The translations under genes and the position numbers were made by a program. 26,434 bases of DNA from assembly GCA_039208735.1 (NCBI GenBank), contig JBCCQY010000127.1, forward strand, positions 1-26,434, given 5' to 3'. Within the stretch, counting starts at the first letter, position 1. Every line of letters starts with the position of its first letter. The notes beneath the pieces are model-generated. The model was not told the origin of the DNA and did no database searches. It was given only the letters and a program-made list of their open reading frames with translations. The DNA comes from Myxococcota bacterium. Lineage in GTDB: Bacteria > Myxococcota_A > UBA796 > GCA-2862545. Shown here one piece after another: positions 8,816 to 16,112 of the stretch.

Positions 8816-9907
8816 CTAACTGGCCGTCTTGAGGAGCTTGCCGAGCAACTGCTCAGCGCCGGCCACGACCGTGACCGAACCCACGGTTTCGGCCAGCTTC
8901 TCCATGGACTCGAGTTCCTTGAGTCGCAACAGCGTCGGGTTCTGGTCCATGAGCTTGGCCGTGTTGGCCAGGGAGCGCGTCGCTGAAGTCTCCTCGCGAC
9001 GGAGGATGACGTTTGCGGCCGCTCGCTTCTCGGCCTCCAGCACCTGGTTCAGGATGTCCTTCATCGCACCGGGCAAGACAAGGTCCTTGATGTCGATCGA
9101 CATCAGTTCGACGCCCCAAATGGCCGCCTGGGCCTTCACCTCATCCGTCACGTCGGCACCTGCCTCGTTGCGCCCTTCGAGCAATGCATCGAGGGTCATC
9201 GAGGCGATCCGACGACGGGCCACGAGCTGTGCGGCGGTGTACAGCGCATCCCGGACGTTCACGACCGTCTCGAGGACCTGTTCGGGCTTGGTGATTCGGA
9301 ACCGTACGGTCAACGACACACGGATAGACACCTTGTCCTTGGTCATGACCTCTTGACCCACAATGGGCAGCTCTTGCTCACGAAGGTCGATGCGCAACGT
9401 TTCGAGCGCCTTGCCCTCACGGTTCAGGCCGTGCTTGCCGGTCGGCAACACGTCCGCGCGGACGCCATCGACGAAGGCCACGACACGGTCGTAAGGGTGG
9501 ACGACTACCGGCGTGATGCGCTCGGGACCGCCCGGGACCGACCACTCGTCGGCCGGAACGTCCGTGAACAACGAAGTTGCGCTGTGCAACGTCGCGGTCA
9601 TGGGGTCGCGTTCCTGCCAGAGCAAGTAGCGGCCGGGGCCCACGATGCGCACCGCCACTCCATTGCGGCGAACCACCGCATACTGACGGACGGGGACGTC
9701 GAGCAGCTCGAAGGTGCCCGCAGGCGCAACGCGATCGAGTTCCGGGGAGTACGCGACGTAGCCCTCGGAGAGGTCGAGGATTTCGTCGTACGTCGCGGAG
9801 CCCGCGAACCACAAGGTGTGGCGGCCAGCGCGAAGCCAGCGGACGATTCGACCCCCACGGCGGCGAAGGCCACGCTGGTGGTCGGCGAGGATGGTCGTCT
9901 TGTACAT
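8816..9907 (-). CDS. Slipin-family SPFH / band-7 protein
   Basis: N-terminal beta repeats (L.aG.H/Y), QEVMTKDKVSIRV, IDIKDLVLPGAMKDILNQVLEAEKRAAANVILRREETSATRSLANTAKLMDQNPTLLRLKELE; GGGAGG RBS before ATG 9907. Confidence 0.92.
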   Translation of the reverse strand: MYKTTILADHQRGLRRRGGRIVRWLRAGRHTLWFAGSATYDEILDLSEGYVAYSPELDRVAPAGTFELLDVPVRQYAVVRRNGVAVRIVGPGRYLLWQERDPMTATLHSATSLFTDVPADEWSVPGGPERITPVVVHPYDRVVAFVDGVRADVLPTGKHGLNREGKALETLRIDLREQELPIVGQEVMTKDKVSIRVSLTVRFRITKPEQVLETVVNVRDALYTAAQLVARRRIASMTLDALLEGRNEAGADVTDEVKAQAAIWGVELMSIDIKDLVLPGAMKDILNQVLEAEKRAAANVILRREETSATRSLANTAKLMDQNPTLLRLKELESMEKLAETVGSVTVVAGAEQLLGKLLKTAS

Positions 9908-9912
9908 GGCAA

Positions 9913-10070
9913 CCTCCCACAAAGGAAGTCCCGCGGCGGGACGCCGGCTGGTCGGGGCGGAGGCGTCCGCCAGCCTATCGCGCGCATGCGCACGGAGGCG
10001 GGCCCCGTCATCTGGACGACGGCGGGTGGACGTCTGCAGGGCCCGGTCGAGCGGATGGCGCCCGGCCACA
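9913..10070 (-). ncRNA. Candidate structured RNA leader of the slipin gene
   Basis: Nested GC-rich stems: GGGCGCC/GGCGTCC, CGGGCCC/GGGCCCG, CCGTC/GACGG, GGCTGG/CCAGCC, GTCCCG/CGGGAC, plus a stem covering the SD. Confidence 0.45.
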
Positions 10071-10090
10071 GGACGTAGTGAAGTTTTGTT

Positions 10091-10232
10091 AGGTTGGAGT
10101 CAACAACGCTTGAATCAGCTTGAAAGGCTGAGGCGATACCAATTTCGCAACAGGCTCTGATGGAGAACCTGACGGGATTCGAACCCGCAGATGGTTGGAT
10201 GTACGCGTTCAAGGTGCGGGACTGAACAACCC
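10091..10232 (-). ncRNA. Circularly permuted tRNA-like RNA (bacterial Y RNA / YrlA-like) with retained anticodon arm (TTC) and internal CCA
   Basis: Minus-strand order: T arm GCGGG-TTCGAAT-CCCGT (10188-10172); CAGGTTC-T-CCA (10171-10161); TCA; GAGCCTG (10157-10151); TT; D arm GCGA-AATTGGTA-TCGC; C; TCAGC-CTTTCAA-GCTGA (10131-10115). The flanks pair with each other (CTTGAA/TTCAAG, AGTC/GACT, GGTTG/CAACC). Outer ends are approximate. Confidence 0.8.
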
Positions 10233-10295
10233 GACCCAAAGGCCTGACGGGCTTGGGGGGAGGGCAGCCGCGGAGCAGCGTACGGATTGGCACTC

Positions 10296-10312
10296 TGCAG
10301 GGGGTGTGCCAA
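10296..10312 (-). promoter_or_regulatory. sigma54 (-24/-12) promoter
   Basis: TTGGCAC-ACCCC-CTGCA with exact GG-N10-GC spacing, oriented toward the tRNA-like RNA and slipin. Confidence 0.75.
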
Positions 10313-10375
10313 TCCTTGGGTTGAGCGAAAACCAGCCTTTGAACGTCGAGGCACACCCCGGGTTCGTTTTGGAGC

Positions 10376-10409
10376 GCGCGACGATTCTCAAGCTTGCGAA
10401 TCTTCGCGC
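10376..10409. promoter_or_regulatory. 34-bp imperfect palindrome (enhancer-binding-protein UAS and/or terminator of the upstream gene)
   Basis: GCGCGA-c-GATTC-t-CAAGCTTG-c-GAATC-t-TCGCGC, centred ~108 bp upstream of the predicted sigma54 start site. Confidence 0.55.
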
Positions 10410-10410
10410 A

Positions 10411-10917
10411 CTAGCTCTCGCGGCGGAAGACGCGCGTGGCGTTGGTGGTCTTCCCATCGACCTCGCACGCGAGCTTCAGGGTCATCGTTTGGCCGTCTTC
10501 GCTGATCAGGCGGGTGGTCGTCATTTCGAAGGCGTCTCCGCTGGGGGCGATTCCGGTCGCCGTGCTGACCAGCGCGTCCTCCACAAAGGCGTGTCGTGAG
10601 GTGATTTCGCGGCCATCGCGTGTTTCGGCGCGCGGGGTGTTGTCGGCCACCCACTTCTGCTGGGCCGTCTTTCGCGATGTCACGACTTTCACGTCAAAAG
10701 TAGAATCAGAATGCTGGATTTCGAGGGTCACCGAAAGCCCGTCGACCACCTTGCGCTTGATGTACGACACGCCCTGCGCCTTGAGAATCGGATCGAGCGA
10801 CTCCGAGGCCTTCCGGTCGAGCTGCCAGGTCCCCGTGAAGTCTGGGGGGGCAGCCAGGGCCGTAGTGGGCAAGGCGGCCAAGCACAGCCAGGCAAGACAG
10901 AGCAAACGTAGAATCAT
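10411..10917 (-). CDS. Secreted lipocalin/FABP-like beta-barrel protein
   Basis: Signal peptide ending in ALA; PDFTGTWQLD start motif; terminal ATRVFRR; GGAGG RBS. Confidence 0.7.
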   Translation of the reverse strand: MILRLLCLAWLCLAALPTTALAAPPDFTGTWQLDRKASESLDPILKAQGVSYIKRKVVDGLSVTLEIQHSDSTFDVKVVTSRKTAQQKWVADNTPRAETRDGREITSRHAFVEDALVSTATGIAPSGDAFEMTTTRLISEDGQTMTLKLACEVDGKTTNATRVFRRES

Positions 10918-11005
10918 GGGTCCTCCACATGAGACACGTAGGCTTTGGGGGGCCAACCCACGAGGAGGTCGAGGGGAGCCTCAACATTTCCTCCATGAAG
11001 GAGGC

Positions 11006-11683
11006 TCAGTTCAGGACGTTGAGTGTTGCAGCTCGGGTTCGCTCAAATCTGGCTTCGACGTCCCCCAACGACCAGAGGTAGGCCCCCGACCGCGGTGACG
11101 GCACGACGCGGGTGGCATGCACCGGAAGTTCGGGCCCGTAGCTTGCCGCGAGGACGTGAACGATGGGATCGACATTGCCTCGCAGGGCTCGCCAGTCGTC
11201 GAGTCCCGTACGATCGGCGACTCCACCGTCTTGGTAGGCCACGCCATCGATCTCGATGGGGCGGAAGATGTAGGGCACGGCACAGGATGCGGCCACGATG
11301 TAGGGAAGAGGGCCCTCGGTGAGGAGTCGAAAGCCGTTGCGGTCGATGACGCCTGCGCCAAACGGACGGTCTAGGGCCGCGACGGTTGGGGGCAGGTGGC
11401 GTTCAAGTTCGGCGATCATCGGGCCAAGATGAAACAGTCCTCGCCACGGCCGAATGCTTGGACGAACCCAGCGCAGGGGAGGATGACGGGTCAGGAGGGC
11501 GAAGATCTCTGTCGCGGGCATGCCAGACGCGAAGAGCGCCCCCGCCAGCGACCCTGACGACGTACCGCAAATCCCGTCCACCGGGACCTGGGCCTCTTCG
11601 ATGGCCGCGAGAAATCCCGCGTGACTCGCGAATGCAAGCCAGCCGCTGGAGAGGACGAGGTCGGTGGGTTGCTCGATGGGCAC
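11006..11683 (-). CDS. Patatin-like phospholipase
   Basis: LVLSSG, GTSSG nucleophile motif, AASCAVP, DGGV; AGGAG RBS before GTG 11683. Confidence 0.9.
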   Translation of the reverse strand: MPIEQPTDLVLSSGWLAFASHAGFLAAIEEAQVPVDGICGTSSGSLAGALFASGMPATEIFALLTRHPPLRWVRPSIRPWRGLFHLGPMIAELERHLPPTVAALDRPFGAGVIDRNGFRLLTEGPLPYIVAASCAVPYIFRPIEIDGVAYQDGGVADRTGLDDWRALRGNVDPIVHVLAASYGPELPVHATRVVPSPRSGAYLWSLGDVEARFERTRAATLNVLN

Positions 11684-11750
11684 GGGACTCCTGGCCTGAA
11701 GGACGGGCGGTGGATGGCGTGCAAGGTAAGGGGGCGCGGGAGGGAACGCG

Positions 11751-13250
11751 ATGGCCGACCAGATGCTGGCGCTTCGTGCGTGGAGTGACGAAACCCGACC
11801 CGACCTTGTGGAAGACGATCTCGCTCGCCGGCCCTTGGCCATTTGCGTCTCCGGAGGAGGGTTTCGCTCTTTCAGCTGCGTCATGGGGGAGCTGCGAGCC
11901 CTTCACGGACTGGGCCTGCTCGATCACAGCGGCCTCCTCTCGGGGGTGTCGGGGGGCGCGTGGGCGACGGCCGCCTATGCTTACGCCCCGGGAGAACTCG
12001 CGGATCGGCTTGGTGACGTCCCCTCGCCTGACGCTCTGACCCTCGATGCGCTTACCCAGGTGATCGACGAAAACCACCTCGCTCATCCCATCACCCAGAT
12101 GGATGCGATGACCTACGCGAGGGCGTTGCAGGAACAAGAGGTGCAGCCCTCGCGGTTCTTTAGCCGGATTCTAGGCGATCAACTGCTCAAGCCCCTAGGG
12201 GTCGATGTGGGCCGTCGGTTCCTCGCCGGGGGGCCCGACCACTTCGCCGACCTCGCAGCTCGCAACCCTCAGCTCGCCGCTGACGATGTTCTCATGCCGA
12301 TCGCCGGTCGGGTTCCCGTGGTCACGGGAGCCACGATGATGGTGCGTGGCGCCGAAAAGTAGGAGTACATCCCGGTGGAATTGGCAGCGAGTTCCGTGAG
12401 CACCGCCTGGCCGGTCGAGGGGTGGCCAGTTCGGACCATCGAGCTGCCTGCGATCATGGGGTTGCCGCGTTCCGATCTGGGCACCGGCACGGTTCACGTC
12501 GATGTGGGAGAGGCGTTTGGCCTCGAAGACCTGCTCGCCTCGACCGGGGGCGCTCCGGGGGGCGTTCTCGTTGAGATTGCGACCTGGCTGGGGCTTCACA
12601 CCGACAACCTGGTCCTGCAGTCGGCCCACTGGCTTGGCCTGGATTTCGCGCCGTTCCTCGTCGACGGTGGATATGTCGAAAACACTGGGTTGCTGGCTGC
12701 ATTGCGGCGAGGGGCGGACCGCATCGCCGTGTTCGTGAACAGCAACACGCGCCTTGGCAATCGCCACTCGCCCTTTACCGTCGAAGGCTTGGAAGGCCAG
12801 ATTGCACGTCTCTTTGGTCGAACACCGTCCTTTGGCGCGTACGCTGGCGATCCCTTGCCACTGTTTCCCGAAGACGAGCTTTTGCCGCTCGCCGAGGCCC
12901 TCGCCGCATCCAAGGCGCGTGGCGAGATGCCATACGCGTTGCTCGACCATCGGCTCCGACCTGACAACGCGCTGGGACTTCCCGAGCGGATGGTGCGGAT
13001 CTACTGGCATCTGAACGAGGTGCCTGAAGGCTGGGCCGCGCAGCTTCCCCCGGACACCCAGCGGGCCTTTGGGACGTTTGGCGAACTCCATGCGGTGCCT
13101 CACCTCGCAGTGGCGTTTGCTCAGGGAGGCTACTTGTTCCGCCTTCGACCTATGCAATTGGGCGCGATGGTTGCGCTGCATGACCACGCTCTGCGGTCTC
13201 GTCCCGACGAGGTGTGGTCGGCGCTGCTCGATGGGCCCGACCCGCTTTAA
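11751..13250 (+). pseudogene. cPLA2 / lysophospholipase-like gene interrupted by an in-frame TAG (12360-12362)
   Basis: ORFs 11751-12362 and 12375-13250 are in the same frame (...GAEK*EYIPVEL...). SGGGFRS and GVSGG lie before the stop; LVDGGYVENTGL lies after it. Confidence 0.8.
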
Positions 13251-13609
13251 GGCGCGATGCCTCCGACCGGAACCGATGCGACGAGCTGCAACAGGTAGCC
13301 CGTTCCAATCACCAAGAACGCGGCCATAAACCAGGTACGGCGAGCCGCCCACGTCGCACGAATACGGCCCTGACGCTGATGAAAGGCATGGCGCTGCCGC
13401 ATGTCGGCGTGCATGTCGGCGTGGGGACCCTGTGGCCGGGGCATCATGGGATTGGGGCGAAGGCGCTCCTCCCAGTCGGCAAGTTCGGCCTCGTTCGCGT
13501 CGTGGTCTGCGGCGATCCTCCATTCTCGCACCAAGAGCAGCACGCCGATGAAGTCGAGGAGCAGGCCAAGGGTGTTCAGCCACGGTTGTAGTAGGAGCCA
13601 GGTCTCCAC
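13247..13609 (-). CDS. Small two-TM hypothetical membrane protein
   Basis: Hydrophobic N- and C-terminal helices flanking a charged loop. Confidence 0.7.
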   Translation of the reverse strand: METWLLLQPWLNTLGLLLDFIGVLLLVREWRIAADHDANEAELADWEERLRPNPMMPRPQGPHADMHADMRQRHAFHQRQGRIRATWAARRTWFMAAFLVIGTGYLLQLVASVPVGGIAP

Positions 13610-13684
13610 GGATCCCCCAGGGCAGTGGCCGCAATCATACGCAAAGCGGACGCGGTTCGTGGCGGCCGCACATCAGGAGGATCC

Positions 13685-14467
13685 ATGTTCGAGAAGAAGC
13701 ACGTGCTCGTCGCCGGCGGCACCAGTGGCATCAACTTGGGGATTGCCAAGGGCTTTGCCAAGGCCGGGGCGCACTTGTCGGTGTTCTCGCGCTCGCAAGA
13801 CAAGGTCGATGTGGCCGCCGAGGAACTTCGGGCGTTGTCTCCGTCGGTCCATGGCGGAACTGCCGATGTACGCGACCCCGACGCGGTGCAGGAAGTGCTG
13901 AAGGGAGCCGTCGAGGCGCATGGTCCTATCGATGTGTTGGTGAGCGGCGCGGCGGGCAACTTTCCGGCGCCTGCGGTCGGCATGTCCGCGCGCGCGTTTG
14001 GATCGGTCATCGGCATCGATTTGAATGGCACCTTCCATGTGCTGCGATTTGCGTTTGAGCATCTGCGCAAGCCCGGCGCCTGCATCATCAACATCTCGGC
14101 CCCCCAAGCGTGGCTTCCCATGGCGTTTCAGTCGCACGTGTGTGCGGCCAAGGCCGGCGTGGACATGCTGACCCGGACCTTGGCGATGGAATGGGGCCCC
14201 GCTGGCGTTCGGGTCAACTCGTTGTCGCCGGGACCCATCGACGGAACCGAAGGGATGAAGAGGCTGCTCGTGGATCCGAATCTCAAGGGCATGCTGACGA
14301 AGTCGGTGCCGTTGCAGCGATTGGGCACGCCAGAAGACTGTGCCGATGTTGCGTTGTTCCTGGCTTCGGATGCGGCGCGCTACGTCAGTGGCGCCGTCAT
14401 CCCCGTTGACGGCGGATGGTCCCTCAGCGGAGCATCGGCCGCCATGGCGGCCATGGTTCCCTCCTGA
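13685..14467 (+). CDS. SDR oxidoreductase (2,4-dienoyl-CoA reductase-like)
   Basis: GGTSGINLGIA, GAAGNF, HVCAAKAGVD, NSLSPGPI, VDGG; AGGAGG RBS before ATG 13685. Confidence 0.93.
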   Translation: MFEKKHVLVAGGTSGINLGIAKGFAKAGAHLSVFSRSQDKVDVAAEELRALSPSVHGGTADVRDPDAVQEVLKGAVEAHGPIDVLVSGAAGNFPAPAVGMSARAFGSVIGIDLNGTFHVLRFAFEHLRKPGACIINISAPQAWLPMAFQSHVCAAKAGVDMLTRTLAMEWGPAGVRVNSLSPGPIDGTEGMKRLLVDPNLKGMLTKSVPLQRLGTPEDCADVALFLASDAARYVSGAVIPVDGGWSLSGASAAMAAMVPS

Positions 14468-14486
14468 TCGCCGCTTCCGTCAGCGC

Positions 14487-16058
14487 CTACTTGGCATCCG
14501 CGGCGGCAATCAGCACGAGCACGCTGTAGGTGAAGCCGCGGCCGTCGCCGAGGTCGCCGGTGGCAAACCCGACGGCGAGATGCTTGGCCGAGGGGGCCAG
14601 GTTCATGCCACTGGTGTCGACAGCTTCGCCAGGCGGAACGACGAGCATGTAGGACGTGGCAGCACCCTGAAGCAGGCTTGTGTCCTTGAACACCTTGGAG
14701 AGTTCTTTGCTGCCCTTCTTGAATTTGGTTTTTCCCGTAGCGATTTGGGTGGCGAGTTCGTCGAGCCGAGCCTGCAGTCGTGGGGCGGGAACGGGGTCTG
14801 TGTCGCCCGTCCATCGGCGTTGCAGCTGCTTGTAGGCCACCTCGCGTTGTGAGTCATCGGCCGATGATGCGATGAACACGGCGGCCGAACGCCACCCTCC
14901 GGTTTCCGTGCGCTGGGCCCCTACGATGATGCGGTCGAAGTCTTTGTTGAGCACGGTCTTTCGGAGGGCGGGGTTCGTGCTCCAAGCCCAGGCGGTGGAA
15001 GCTGCGCTGTGGTAGCCAGCCCCAAACGCAGCCTGCCAGATGCCGTGGGGCTGCCCGGGAAGCGGGTCTCGATCGAGGGCCTTCGACAGAAAGCGCGCTG
15101 CCGCCCGTTCGTTCTTGGGCAGATCCGCAATGAGGGTGCGGATGGTGTTCGCTTCGCCGACCTCCTGCAGCGGTCCAAGCCCGTGCCGCGCTCGGGCCGC
15201 GTTCACCTGGGCCACGATCGACGCTTCGAAGGCTTCGAGCGTCAACTGGCGGTCCGAACCAAAGTCGGGCAGGATGAGGCTGTCAGGGGCTGGTTTACCG
15301 GCGTACATCGAGAAGAAGAAGGGTTGGTCGGGCAACCGGCGTTTTTTGAAGGCGGTCAGGGCGACCCGGTAGATGCCAGGTTTTGCAGGAAGCCCAAACT
15401 CGACGTCAAACGTTCCCTTTCCCTCGAGCGGGTAGGTTTCGACTTCGACCCCTTCACCCTGTACCGACAACGCGTAGACCTCCTTGCTGTCGAGCACGGT
15501 GCCGGGGATGCGGACGGTGGCTCCGGGCGTCACGACCCGAGGAAAGGGGTCGAAGGCCACCGGGTCGCGCAAGGCCACCACGACGCCAACGATCGTGCCT
15601 TCTTCTTCTTGGGTGGCGACGGCGAAGGGCGTTTCGGGGCCCAGCTCTTCGATGAGTTCCGCGACCAGGTCGGCCGCATTGGCTTCGCTGCCGGTGACGA
15701 AGAGCCCTGCGCGTTCAGGGGCTTGGGGAAGCCCCACGTGCTCGGCCACGAACCAGTCGTGAACGCGATCGGGCCGGCCGCGACGCAAGAGGGGAAGCAG
15801 GATGGTTGCATAGCGTTGAAGGGCCACGGGAATCCGAGTTTCGGACACCTCGATTCCACGAGCTGCAGCCACGATCTGGCGGTCACGATCGACCTGTGCC
15901 GATGCGGTCACTGCGTCGTACCGCTGGGCGGCAGTGCCCAGGCGGGCGGGAGTGAGAATCTCCTTGACCTCGGCCACGTCGAGCGGGGTTGGCGGAAACC
16001 ACTCGTCGAGACCTTGGGCGGCCACGATTCCGCACCACAAGCTCCACAACATCCACAT
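14487..16058 (-). CDS. Secreted CAP/SCP-domain-containing protein
   Basis: GGAGGT RBS and signal peptide at 16058; IVAQVNAARARHGLGPL CAP start motif; Ig-like middle segment. Confidence 0.7.
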   Translation of the reverse strand: MWMLWSLWCGIVAAQGLDEWFPPTPLDVAEVKEILTPARLGTAAQRYDAVTASAQVDRDRQIVAAARGIEVSETRIPVALQRYATILLPLLRRGRPDRVHDWFVAEHVGLPQAPERAGLFVTGSEANAADLVAELIEELGPETPFAVATQEEEGTIVGVVVALRDPVAFDPFPRVVTPGATVRIPGTVLDSKEVYALSVQGEGVEVETYPLEGKGTFDVEFGLPAKPGIYRVALTAFKKRRLPDQPFFFSMYAGKPAPDSLILPDFGSDRQLTLEAFEASIVAQVNAARARHGLGPLQEVGEANTIRTLIADLPKNERAAARFLSKALDRDPLPGQPHGIWQAAFGAGYHSAASTAWAWSTNPALRKTVLNKDFDRIIVGAQRTETGGWRSAAVFIASSADDSQREVAYKQLQRRWTGDTDPVPAPRLQARLDELATQIATGKTKFKKGSKELSKVFKDTSLLQGAATSYMLVVPPGEAVDTSGMNLAPSAKHLAVGFATGDLGDGRGFTYSVLVLIAAADAK

Positions 16059-16112
16059 GGGTTCACCTCCGGCGTCGCGCCACATAGCACTCATTCGTGA
16101 GAGCATGCGGCC

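Noticed and set aside
9913..10070. HDV-like ribozyme next to the tRNA-like RNA
   Set aside because: I could not assemble consistent P1, P1.1, P2 and P3 pairings by hand.
10120..10126. TCA (Sec / opal suppressor) anticodon
   Set aside because: With the 5-bp stem TCAGC/GCTGA the loop is C-T-TTC-A-A, so TCA is off-register. The acceptor stem is also not tRNA-Sec-like.
10091..10232. Two-piece (permuted) tmRNA reading of the tRNA-like element
   Set aside because: It has a full D stem and anticodon arm and a U discriminator, with no evident tag ORF. A normal ssrA is already present at 1231-1624.
12360..12362. Pyrrolysine or genome-wide TAG recoding
   Set aside because: No pyl genes are in the window, and TAG acts as a normal stop for other genes here (e.g. 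6455, 8816, 10411, 14487).
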